In this document: positions 10,579 to 18,463 of the stretch, one piece after another | Position numbering within the stretch: position 1 is the first letter of the stretch | Layout of the letters: each line of letters starts with the position of its first letter | IMG/VR virus record: IMGVR_UViG_2724679239_000008 | Length of the DNA: 38,640 nucleotides | Source of the DNA: a virus | Taxonomy: Duplodnaviria; Heunggongvirae; Uroviricota; Caudoviricetes | Direction: 5' to 3' (one strand) | Program-made: the position numbers and the translations under genes | Notes under the pieces: model-generated | Database searches by the model: none | Told to the model about the DNA's origin: nothing | What the model saw: the letters and a program-made list of their open reading frames with translations, nothing else

Positions 10579-11343
10579 TTAGTCAACGATAGTGATACCG
10601 TCTTTCAGTGCGTTTTGCTTACCTGCAACATCCAGTGCATCAAAAGCTGATCGCTTCATCGTTTTCTGACCAATATCATGCTGTGTCGGACGGGAGCCGC
10701 CACCATTGTTGCCACTGGCTTTCAGGATGTAGTCTTTCTGAGGGTAATTTTCGACGAGGAACTCCAGCGCCTCATCAAACTGCGCCAGTTCGCCTGGCTT
10801 CGTGCGGGAGTAAATTTTGTTGCCGGAAGCGTCATAAGCAACGATCTTCCCTTCTTCCACTTTGAATGACTGTCCGAAGCGGGCCTGTAATAAATCTGCC
10901 GGGATCGCAATTTTATCGGCAATATATTTTGAACCAGCAAAACTACCGCCAATCATGGAATCGTAAAGCTGCTTCTCCAGCATCTGAGAGCGTTGCTTTT
11001 CTTCGTCTAATTGCTGCTGAAAATTTTTCGTAATTTCTGCTTTAACCTGGTCAACCTGTCCCGCATCAATCAGTTTTTTCTGGTCAATTTTGGACAGCAT
11101 TTCCAGCGCCTCAATCGCCTTTTTCGGGTCATCGATGGCAGCGAACCTGGCAAGTTTTTCCTCTGCGGCCTCTTTAGCCAGACGATGATTTTTCGCCTCG
11201 CCATTAAGTTCTGTAATTTTTCTGGCTGCCAGCGGTGCATCGAAGCCGATTTCTTTACCATCATCATGCACATAAACTGGCAGACCAGCAGTGTCGATTT
11301 CTGCGTATTTTTTTCCGTTAATCTCTACTGTTTTCAGTTTCAT
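10579..11343 (-). CDS. capsid scaffolding protein
   Basis: charged, coiled-coil-rich ORF upstream of capsid gene; start at ATG 11343 (MKLKTVEINGKKY) with AGGT 6 nt upstream. Confidence 0.6.
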   Translation of the reverse strand: MKLKTVEINGKKYAEIDTAGLPVYVHDDGKEIGFDAPLAARKITELNGEAKNHRLAKEAAEEKLARFAAIDDPKKAIEALEMLSKIDQKKLIDAGQVDQVKAEITKNFQQQLDEEKQRSQMLEKQLYDSMIGGSFAGSKYIADKIAIPADLLQARFGQSFKVEEGKIVAYDASGNKIYSRTKPGELAQFDEALEFLVENYPQKDYILKASGNNGGGSRPTQHDIGQKTMKRSAFDALDVAGKQNALKDGITIVD

Positions 11344-11403
11344 ATTAATACCTGATTTAAGTCTTCCGACTGTTACACTGCTCACTATCCAGATTGCAGC
11401 AAT

Positions 11404-11427
11404 AAAAAAGGCCACCCGAAGGTAGCC
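11404..11427 (-). terminator. rho-independent terminator after head morphogenesis gene
   Basis: minus-sense GGCUACC-UUCG-GGUGGCC followed by UUUUUUAUU. Confidence 0.55.
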
Positions 11428-11447
11428 TGTTGTAATAAATAATTAAT

Positions 11448-12563
11448 TTAAATCCCGGCTTTTCTGAATGCCTGAGCATCACGCTCACGGAGTTGTCCCA
11501 GCGTCAACCATTCACCTTTATCGGTGTAAAATTCATCTGGTGACATACCTCCATCACGAATCAGTTTTGCCCGTGTTTCTCCCACTATTTGTTTTTGCCT
11601 GGCATAAGACTGGCGCAAAAACCATTCCTTGTAAGTCGTATCTCCGGCTACAACCCCATCCATACTTGCCCTCTCGGCAGGAGAAACATCCCGAACATCA
11701 ATCCCCAGTTCCTTCGCAGATTTCAGAATAAACGTTTCTGTTGAACGGCAGCAGAAATGAATTTTTCCCGGCCCCTGTAAATAAGGCACTTTGTGACCAA
11801 TAGGTTTATTATCCAGCGTATATTTGAGGCGATCCCTGATTCGACACTGTGGTGTAGTACGATTATCAAGTGTGGATAACCATTGTTTGCCCTTTATCAA
11901 ATCATTGTTTGCCATGGCGAAACTCTCACGGGCAGTAGCAGCAAGATGCCCAACCGCTGTTTTTGCAATACTGGCCGCATTAGCTCGACTCATCTGCAAT
12001 GCACCATCCTGAAACCCCTTACTGACATGCCCACGAATTTTTCTTGCGATCTGCTCATTGGTATCACCCAGCAAAAAACCCTGACGTACCGTATTTGTAA
12101 TACGCCTGAGCCGATCTGCTTCAAGGTCTGAGGCCCATTCGTTGAGTAGTCTTCCCTGAAATGGACGCGCCATTGCAGCGGCATAAAGGGTGTCAGGTGA
12201 GATACCAATCAGAGGATGAATATCCGCCACAAAATCAGGAAGCAAAGAGTCAAACAGATTTAACTGATAGCTAGCCTCATATATCGCCAGCTCGTTTAAC
12301 TCTCCTGAGAGACGAGCAAACATACTGTTAATAGCAGTGCGGTTAACTTCCCTCACACTCACCAGAAGTGATTCCAGACGCGTAACGGTGAAACTCCCCG
12401 GCCCCAAATTATCCAGAGCCACCAGCAAACGAGCTGTAAGCTCTGCGTCGCTGTCGTTCAGCGTTTTCACCATTCTGGCCGCTACACCTGTGCTATAGCG
12501 AGATATCCAGATAGCATGGGCAATCGATTCATCACGCAGCCGTTCATTCACTGTTTGCATCAT
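11448..12563 (-). CDS. head morphogenesis protein (SPP1 gp7 / Mu F-like minor head protein)
   Basis: 371-aa ORF directly downstream of portal with family-typical conserved region (TTPQCRIRD, GPGKIHFCCRS); overlaps portal by 20 nt. Confidence 0.7.
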   Translation of the reverse strand: MMQTVNERLRDESIAHAIWISRYSTGVAARMVKTLNDSDAELTARLLVALDNLGPGSFTVTRLESLLVSVREVNRTAINSMFARLSGELNELAIYEASYQLNLFDSLLPDFVADIHPLIGISPDTLYAAAMARPFQGRLLNEWASDLEADRLRRITNTVRQGFLLGDTNEQIARKIRGHVSKGFQDGALQMSRANAASIAKTAVGHLAATARESFAMANNDLIKGKQWLSTLDNRTTPQCRIRDRLKYTLDNKPIGHKVPYLQGPGKIHFCCRSTETFILKSAKELGIDVRDVSPAERASMDGVVAGDTTYKEWFLRQSYARQKQIVGETRAKLIRDGGMSPDEFYTDKGEWLTLGQLRERDAQAFRKAGI

Positions 12564-13950
12564 TGATTCCCATCAGCGTTACGCCCTGATTTTTTAATTC
12601 ATCGATCACTTCCTCTGGACGGGAATCCTGATCGATAAATTTCAACGCCTGCAACACCCGAACCGCATCAATCTGACGTATATCACCACCCTGACGCAAT
12701 GACTGAACAGCCAGCGCGGAGGATGAGTCAAACACCTGGGCAGATACATCCAGCTCAGTGCGCACATCCACATTGCCGCCGCAACTCTCTCCGATCCATT
12801 CCGCCATTATCTGGAGAATATTATCGAGGGCATCTTCGAGGGAGTTCGCCATTGTATAAAGCGGCGAGTTTTCCTGCATCCGCTCTTCATTGGTCTGATC
12901 AACAGATTTGGTGGATGTATTTTCAGCCCGCAGAAGTTTAGCGCCGGCATGACGCATCTGATTTTCCAGTTTCTCCAGAGATGTTTCGCCAGACTCTATC
13001 GCGGCACCGCTATGCTCAACATATTCAAGGCCATTTTTTGCCCTGTCATCAAAAATCGTCGCGGTGGATGCGCCAACCGTCAGTTCTTCATTCCTGTCCA
13101 GACCGTAGGCCACCAGCAATGGGACGCGGGCAACATGCAAAATATTGTCCTGCTCACTCTGGCTTTGCCAGTGCTTGATATTCAGCAAACCAAGATTAAG
13201 CAATGGCGGTGTACCACGCATAAACCCTGTTTTCTTCGTATACAGTGTTACCAGAGGAATATCATCACGACTGGTATTCCATGACTCGTGAAGCGTCCAG
13301 ACAGATTCGCCATTAGTACCTTCACTGCGCCGATAAATTTCAACGCGACGGGGCATAATATGGCGGATCTGCTCCACCTTCTTCTGCCAGAAATCATCAC
13401 CATCAATAATGATGACCTCTTTTATACGCAAATCAGTGAGAACAACTTTCCCTTTTTCAACTTTCGATTTCCATCCAATAACCTGGCGTGGATTCAGCAT
13501 CGTAACGTACGGGCGACCACCGGCCGCGTTTTCATCGGCTTTTGTCCGAATCTCTTTCATATCCGTTCGTGGATAGTCTACCAGCGCATGCGCCACACCA
13601 TACTGAAATGCGAGACTGAAAAATTGCTGCGCCCACACATCCAGTCGGCTCCCCTCCATATCGATATTTTCTGCATATTCCCTGATTTTTTCCGGCGTCT
13701 CTTCACTCAGCACTGTCGGCTCTGCAAATATGCGCCCAATATTTTGCTTAATACTTTCTTCATACACAGGAAGTAGCGTAGCCACAGACAAGCGTTTTTT
13801 ATATGTGTCTTCATCTTCATTAGGCCATTTAGGGAGATAATTTTCCCCCTGCCTACGCATTTCAAGCGTGCCACCCATCAGTGCATCGTTAATATCCCAC
13901 GCCTCCAGCATATCGTTATAGTCGAGGTTGGGTGTTGATATATCAGCCAT
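12544..13950 (-). CDS. portal protein
   Basis: 468-aa ORF immediately downstream of terminase large subunit, acidic C-terminus. Confidence 0.8.
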   Translation of the reverse strand: MADISTPNLDYNDMLEAWDINDALMGGTLEMRRQGENYLPKWPNEDEDTYKKRLSVATLLPVYEESIKQNIGRIFAEPTVLSEETPEKIREYAENIDMEGSRLDVWAQQFFSLAFQYGVAHALVDYPRTDMKEIRTKADENAAGGRPYVTMLNPRQVIGWKSKVEKGKVVLTDLRIKEVIIIDGDDFWQKKVEQIRHIMPRRVEIYRRSEGTNGESVWTLHESWNTSRDDIPLVTLYTKKTGFMRGTPPLLNLGLLNIKHWQSQSEQDNILHVARVPLLVAYGLDRNEELTVGASTATIFDDRAKNGLEYVEHSGAAIESGETSLEKLENQMRHAGAKLLRAENTSTKSVDQTNEERMQENSPLYTMANSLEDALDNILQIMAEWIGESCGGNVDVRTELDVSAQVFDSSSALAVQSLRQGGDIRQIDAVRVLQALKFIDQDSRPEEVIDELKNQGVTLMGINDANSE

Positions 13951-13952
13951 AA

Positions 13953-16271
13953 TTAAATCCGAAGTGATGTAACTCTTCCGGTCGGTTTGACAATAGGGAA
14001 TTGCTTAACAATAAAATAACCTCCGGCATCATTCGGGTGATCGTTGCCAGATTTTTTATCAGGCTCACCCTTATCATCCCAAACCTGTTGCTCCAGAGAT
14101 TCGGCATATACCGGACAACGCTTCACATTAACTTTATAGCGACGCTCACCATTGGCATTGCAGAACATTGCATTCATTGAGTTAACGCGATCTTTTACTG
14201 GCGGGTTCGAACTGTTTACAACAACGTTAAAACCAGCCTGTTTAAGCTGAGCAATATCCGTCGCACTTGCGTTATTTGATTTTCTGGAATCCCCGGATGC
14301 ATCAGGATAAATATAAATTTCCCTTACTTTCCGATAATCATTCCCGTCATATAACCAGAAGCGCTCTTTAATAATACGGATCATATCTGGTGTATCGTAA
14401 GCGTTAATGATTTCAGTTACTGCGCATGGAAGCCCAAAACGTAACACATGAACGACTCCAGCCATTTTTCCGACGTTAAAATCCATCCCGATATATATCG
14501 GCTCACCTGGCTGTTCCTCTTCTTCGCAATTATTCAGTTTTCGGTCAAACTGATGGTAAACAGTACCACTTGTCAGGTTAGTAAACTGTCCTCGAAGATA
14601 GGCTTTAATCAGCTCTGGAGGATATGACTCAAGGAGCGAGGGAATGTAATCTGCTGGCAAATTCTTTTCATTATCGAAAGTAGATGCCTGTACCAGACCA
14701 TACAGTGAGACCAGCTCTGTTTTTTCACGTACGGCTTTAACAAACTGCTCGTAGACAAATTTGAATCCTTCCGGCGTGGTTGTAACGTCAATACCGTTGC
14801 GAAGTCCATCAACCTTATAACGCATACGCGCAATTATCTTGCGCCACGCTGTTCTGGCTTTTTCCTTCGGCAAAATGTCCAGTTCATCCACCAGCGCATT
14901 ACCAATTTTGAAACCGACGATCGTTTGCGGCTTCTCCATCGATCTGCAGATAGTGGTTCCCCGATACTGACGTCCGTAATAAAAATGAACTTCTTTATTT
15001 CCCTCGTTAATTTTTACATTTAGCCCCCAGTCGGCAGCAACTTCTTCAACTGTGGGATAAAAAATATCGCGAATTTGTGGATATGTAGGCGCAAAATATC
15101 CCTGATTGATACCCGGATGCTCCCAAATCCCCTTACATATGCCACCACACCCAACCCATGTTTTACCGCTATTGTGATGAATCGTCCCATCAGCAGTTAC
15201 GTAGCAGTTATTATCCAATACCTGGAGGTCATAATATGGCTCGGCCTTCTGCAACAGTGTTACACTCAATATGTTGCAGGTTTCGATTAAGGAGTTTGGT
15301 TTTGACGCCTCTTGACCGTTTAATTTGTGATTTAGCACATCCAGAACGTACCGTTTCAGAAGTTGCTTCTCTGGCAGGTTGTGACCGCAGTCATGTTTAT
15401 CGTTGCATATCTCGTTATGGGTTAACGCTGAAACAACACCAGAAGCCTGTCCCTCGAGAAAGTGCGAAGGACAGAATCCTCGCTCTTGCTGATGGTCACC
15501 GTACGTCGGCAGAGATCGCGGCGGAAGTTGGTTGCACAGAAAAGCACGTTCAAAATATTCTCCGAATTCACAACGCCAACCGGCTACCCTGTGGCGCCAG
15601 AAAGGGTGAGTTGAACCCCAGCTTTCGTGGTGGTCGAATTGTTGATCTGGATGGATATGCCGTTGTTCCAGCGCCTGCTGACCATCCATATATGCGCAGA
15701 ACAGGCATGATGTTTGAACATCGTTTGATCGCTGAAAAGAAGCTGGGGCGTTATCTGCTGCCATCAGAAGTTGTTGACCATATCGACGGGCTTCATCTGC
15801 ATAACACCCCAAGTAATCTGCGAGTTTTTGATTCAAACGTGGATCACCTGCGTGCAACGATTTCGGGACGGCGGCCAAACTGGTCAGAAGAAGGTTTTGC
15901 GAAGATGCAAATACCTTCACCGATTCGTCCAGACTATCCACAGATCGATAGCTACCGTCAGCGCAAAAAACGCGGTGATGTCCGCTTGCTACAAATTCTC
16001 CTCGCTGCGTCACTACTCGGTATAGATTCGCCACACCTTTTGGGTACGCACCACCACTTAGCGAAAGCTCAAATCGATTATTCTCATCCGACCAAGATAA
16101 AACGCGCATTGGTCGAGTTATTTCCTGAATGGGTAGAATCCCATTCTCTGTAACCACAGGCGTACTTCCCCTCAGGCAACCAAAACCAGCAACATAGGCT
16201 TTAAATTTATGAGGCATAGAAAGAAATCGCGCCTGAGGCACATTAAGCGTCGGAGAGATCATCTTCATCAC
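13953..16271 (-). CDS. terminase large subunit precursor containing an intein in the Walker A P-loop
   Basis: 772-aa ORF; N-extein ends KFKAYVAGFG, C-extein starts SGKTWVG (reconstitutes a P-loop); C-extein about 400 aa with nuclease-type C-terminus; coupled to small subunit and portal. Confidence 0.85.
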   Translation of the reverse strand: MMKMISPTLNVPQARFLSMPHKFKAYVAGFGCLRGSTPVVTENGILPIQEITRPMRVLSWSDENNRFELSLSGGAYPKGVANLYRVVTQRGEFVASGHHRVFCADGSYRSVDSLDESVKVFASSQNLLLTSLAAVPKSLHAGDPRLNQKLADYLGCYADEARRYGQQLLMAADNAPASFQRSNDVQTSCLFCAYMDGQQALEQRHIHPDQQFDHHESWGSTHPFWRHRVAGWRCEFGEYFERAFLCNQLPPRSLPTYGDHQQERGFCPSHFLEGQASGVVSALTHNEICNDKHDCGHNLPEKQLLKRYVLDVLNHKLNGQEASKPNSLIETCNILSVTLLQKAEPYYDLQVLDNNCYVTADGTIHHNSGKTWVGCGGICKGIWEHPGINQGYFAPTYPQIRDIFYPTVEEVAADWGLNVKINEGNKEVHFYYGRQYRGTTICRSMEKPQTIVGFKIGNALVDELDILPKEKARTAWRKIIARMRYKVDGLRNGIDVTTTPEGFKFVYEQFVKAVREKTELVSLYGLVQASTFDNEKNLPADYIPSLLESYPPELIKAYLRGQFTNLTSGTVYHQFDRKLNNCEEEEQPGEPIYIGMDFNVGKMAGVVHVLRFGLPCAVTEIINAYDTPDMIRIIKERFWLYDGNDYRKVREIYIYPDASGDSRKSNNASATDIAQLKQAGFNVVVNSSNPPVKDRVNSMNAMFCNANGERRYKVNVKRCPVYAESLEQQVWDDKGEPDKKSGNDHPNDAGGYFIVKQFPIVKPTGRVTSLRI
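15171..16178 (-). other. intein (336 codons) within terminase large subunit
   Basis: starts with Cys (CLRGSTPVVTENGILPIQEI), block B-like GEFVASGHHRVF, ends YDLQVLDNNCYVTADGTIHHN followed by Ser; codon boundaries verified on the sequence (gca at 16176-16178 = Cys, att at 15171-15173 = Asn). Confidence 0.75.
15236..16153 (+). CDS. HNH endonuclease (HNH_3-type with N-terminal HTH segments), encoded antisense inside the intein
   Basis: plus-strand ORF; ATG 15236 preceded by GGAGG (15224-15228); translation verified: GYAVVPAPADHPYMRRTGMMFEHRLIAEKKLGRYLLPSEVVDHIDGLHLHNTPSNLRVF; the track ORF starts further upstream at ATG 15158 without RBS. Confidence 0.65.
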   Translation: MARPSATVLHSICCRFRLRSLVLTPLDRLICDLAHPERTVSEVASLAGCDRSHVYRCISRYGLTLKQHQKPVPRESAKDRILALADGHRTSAEIAAEVGCTEKHVQNILRIHNANRLPCGARKGELNPSFRGGRIVDLDGYAVVPAPADHPYMRRTGMMFEHRLIAEKKLGRYLLPSEVVDHIDGLHLHNTPSNLRVFDSNVDHLRATISGRRPNWSEEGFAKMQIPSPIRPDYPQIDSYRQRKKRGDVRLLQILLAASLLGIDSPHLLGTHHHLAKAQIDYSHPTKIKRALVELFPEWVESHSL

Positions 16272-17196
16272 TCCTCACTCTGGCATCAACCACATTAATA
16301 TTGATCGCCACAGGCTGGGGATGTTCATTACCCTCCACCGTTTCGATCTCTTTGCGCAGTTTCTGGTTTTCCATTCTGCGCCGTTCAATTTCCAGTTCCT
16401 GTAGTCGCTTATCTGCACATAATGCCCCGCCAGCGGAAAGCAAACGCAATAATTCACGCCGGGCGGCAGCTTTATTCTCCAGCAGGATCTCAACGCCGAA
16501 TTTTCCGAGCTTTGCTCCTGCATACAATTGCCGCGCATTTCCATCAAGCAAAGTGGTATCAGCCATATAAAGCTGACCTGTACCTTCTCCACCGCATTTC
16601 GGACAGTCTGGATTTGGTATGGCGCTATCAACGAAACCGAGGCCACCATATTCAGGTTCTGGTTTACCATCTTTGGATGCCTGCGCGGCAGCCCTGTCAA
16701 ATTCTGCTATATCGCGCCACTGATAGAGGTGATTCTCCCCCCAGCAATAGCGACAGTTAACACGGCGAAATTGCGCAAGCTGATTGGGATCAGCCTGCAC
16801 GATGGCCATCAACTGACTCACCAGTAAATCCAGGTCTGCGGTATAGCGTTTCTGGTAATGATTGCGAAAGTAGCTGATGGCACGAAAAACCCTGGCATTT
16901 CTAAGCATACGACTGGCATTGCTGTTTGCTGTCGCACCTTGCCCCTCGTAACCAGCCAGGCGGTATGCCTCTGTCGGCTTTTTCCCCTGAGCAACCAACA
17001 TGGCGAATTTTGCCTGCTGGTCAGAAATACCGAATTCATCGGGGCAGAACGAAATTTCTTCCGTGTCCCCCTCAATCAGGAGTGCATCGGATACAGCCTT
17101 TTTTTTCTGAGATTTTCCGTTTTGCTTTTGCGCAGTCTGCGCAGTTTTTTTTTCGCGCACTTTTTTGCGCAGTTTTGCGCACTTCTGTCTGCGCAT
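16243..17196 (-). CDS. terminase small subunit (Terminase_2-like HTH), start uncertain
   Basis: 317-aa ORF with AKFAMLVAQGKKPTEAYRLAGYEGQGATANSNASRMLRN motif, Cys-rich and coiled-coil C-terminus; overlaps large subunit start; its ATG 17196 has no Shine-Dalgarno. Confidence 0.65.
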   Translation of the reverse strand: MRRQKCAKLRKKVREKKTAQTAQKQNGKSQKKKAVSDALLIEGDTEEISFCPDEFGISDQQAKFAMLVAQGKKPTEAYRLAGYEGQGATANSNASRMLRNARVFRAISYFRNHYQKRYTADLDLLVSQLMAIVQADPNQLAQFRRVNCRYCWGENHLYQWRDIAEFDRAAAQASKDGKPEPEYGGLGFVDSAIPNPDCPKCGGEGTGQLYMADTTLLDGNARQLYAGAKLGKFGVEILLENKAAARRELLRLLSAGGALCADKRLQELEIERRRMENQKLRKEIETVEGNEHPQPVAININVVDARVRSDEDDLSDA

Positions 17197-17338
17197 TTTT
17201 CGGAGGTTTTTTGATGTAACGACGGGCTGTTGCGTAATTCAGTCCCTTTGCTTCACACCACGCCACCGGAGACACACCGGAGCGGGTGTATTCAGCAATA
17301 TATTCCTGCTGCAACGTCCCCCAGTCCGGTCTGCTCAT
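17072..17338 (-). CDS. small HTH protein, or frameshifted N-terminal part of the terminase small subunit
   Basis: 88-aa ORF with AGGA RBS, HTH-like YIAEYTRSGVSPVAWCEAKGLNYATARRYIK, lysine-rich tail; overlaps the next ORF by 125 nt in another frame. Confidence 0.4.
   Translation of the reverse strand: MSRPDWGTLQQEYIAEYTRSGVSPVAWCEAKGLNYATARRYIKKPPKNAQTEVRKTAQKSARKKNCADCAKAKRKISEKKGCIRCTPD
17129..17195. repeat. six spaced TGCGCA/CGCGCA motifs separated by T-runs (candidate pac or terminase-binding repeats)
   Basis: motif starts at 17129, 17138, 17154, 17166, 17176, 17190; T8 at 17099-17106 and T9 at 17145-17153. Confidence 0.35.
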
Positions 17339-17341
17339 CAG

Positions 17342-17593
17342 TTAGTCCTGATTTTTATCCACCCTGAGTAATGCACGCAGAGCAAAGGCATCCCCTTTTC
17401 TGGCAAGCTTAAACAATGCCGCCCGTAGCTCGGCTTCACCTTTCGCTCTGCCCTTACGGATGGACGCATAAAAATTTGTCATTGCTTCCCGATTTTCTTT
17501 CAGTCTGTTCAGATCAACATCCAGAACGTCAGCGATTTGTTGTGCAGTCATCCGGCACGCTGCCAGAGACTCGACTTTCGAATACGGAATCAT
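17342..17593 (-). CDS. hypothetical small DNA-binding protein
   Basis: 83-aa ORF with GGGGGTGA RBS, HTH-like CRMTAQQIADVLDVDLNRL. Confidence 0.45.
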   Translation of the reverse strand: MIPYSKVESLAACRMTAQQIADVLDVDLNRLKENREAMTNFYASIRKGRAKGEAELRAALFKLARKGDAFALRALLRVDKNQD

Positions 17594-17972
17594 TTATCAC
17601 CCCCATTGATATGCAGGGTGTCTTCTTCCTGTATTTTTCGTGAAGGATTTTTACTGCAGCGTTGTTCCAGGTGACCTGATGGTGAATGCGTTTATGGCTG
17701 GCGCCCATCAGTGAGATTTTTACGCACGACGGCGCATACATGACGGAGTAAAAACTTTTAACGTAGGTGCCGGAATCCAGATACAGTTCGGTCATTCCGC
17801 CGCTGTTTTTCTGCGTTTGCTTCTGCCCTAACTGGACAGCGCCAATCGTCAAAAACAATTCACCACGACGACCGAGATTCGTGTATGTATTCACATCCTC
17901 GTTAATACGCCCCATAAATGAGAATGGTCGGTCAACAGAACAAATAAAGCTGTTCATTGCTTTGCGTTTCAC
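17529..17972 (-). CDS. hypothetical protein; probable C-terminal part of a gene split at a G9 tract
   Basis: 147-aa frame starting at GTG with no RBS, continuous with upstream ORF after a 1-nt frame change. Confidence 0.4.
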   Translation of the reverse strand: MKRKAMNSFICSVDRPFSFMGRINEDVNTYTNLGRRGELFLTIGAVQLGQKQTQKNSGGMTELYLDSGTYVKSFYSVMYAPSCVKISLMGASHKRIHHQVTWNNAAVKILHEKYRKKTPCISMGVINDSVFESRVSGSVPDDCTTNR

Positions 17973-17994
17973 CCATGCAGCATGACCACCATTA

Positions 17995-18462
17995 TCACCA
18001 AGAAAGTCCCCCCCCCTGCGCCATAGCGATGGAAAGCGCAGGAATTGATTCGTAATACGCCAGCATTTCAGAAAGGATCGAGTCCAGTTTCCTTATCGGA
18101 AAATAAGCCTGGTCATAGTTGCGATCTACCCGAAACTGAAACTCGTGATAGTCGTCATCAAGCTGGATGTAGTATTTACACCCAACCTTTTTTGCCAGGC
18201 CCAGACAGGCATTCCTGGCATAAAAGATTGAACGTCGATCGCCAAAGTTGTCGGCTTCATCAAAACGACTGGCGATATCGGCTTTGGAAAACACCAGCAC
18301 CTGTTCACCAAATTCTGCTACGTACTGATGCCGGGTTTTATCTTCATCATCAACAACGATAAAAATTTTCCCGGTATAGCCAGCACGACGCAACGTCCGG
18401 TAAGTCAGAACTTTGTCCGGTCGCCCGTGAGTCAGAATAAAGGCGCAAAAATCATCACGCAT
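17995..18462 (-). CDS. hypothetical protein with DxD-like motifs; N-terminal part of split gene
   Basis: start at ATG 18462 (MRDDFCAF) with GAGGAGGA RBS; IVVDDED and QLDDDY motifs; ends three codons after a G9 run. Confidence 0.5.
   Translation of the reverse strand: MRDDFCAFILTHGRPDKVLTYRTLRRAGYTGKIFIVVDDEDKTRHQYVAEFGEQVLVFSKADIASRFDEADNFGDRRSIFYARNACLGLAKKVGCKYYIQLDDDYHEFQFRVDRNYDQAYFPIRKLDSILSEMLAYYESIPALSIAMAQGGGLSW
18008..18016. repeat. homopolymer tract (C9 on plus, G9 in coding sense)
   Basis: counted directly in sequence; lies at the junction of the two ORF fragments. Confidence 0.9.
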
Positions 18463-18463
18463 A

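Noticed and set aside
12699-13776. Plus-strand ORFs of 65 to 162 aa antisense to the portal gene
   Set aside because: Nested antisense frames without RBS; the portal ORF is continuous and syntenic.
15158-15235. 5' extension of the plus-strand HNH ORF to the first ATG at 15158
   Set aside because: No Shine-Dalgarno before 15158, whereas the internal ATG at 15236 has GGAGG at the right spacing; the extension is probably not translated.
15171-16178. Sense-strand homing endonuclease domain (LAGLIDADG, HNH or GIY-YIG) inside the intein
   Set aside because: No such motif found in the minus-strand translation of the intein middle; the only nuclease motif is on the antisense strand.
17129-17195. 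Possibility that the spaced TGCGCA repeats are a CRISPR array
   Set aside because: Repeat unit is only 6 bp with 3 to 10-bp spacers and lies inside a coding region; there are no 25-40 bp repeats or cas genes anywhere in the window.
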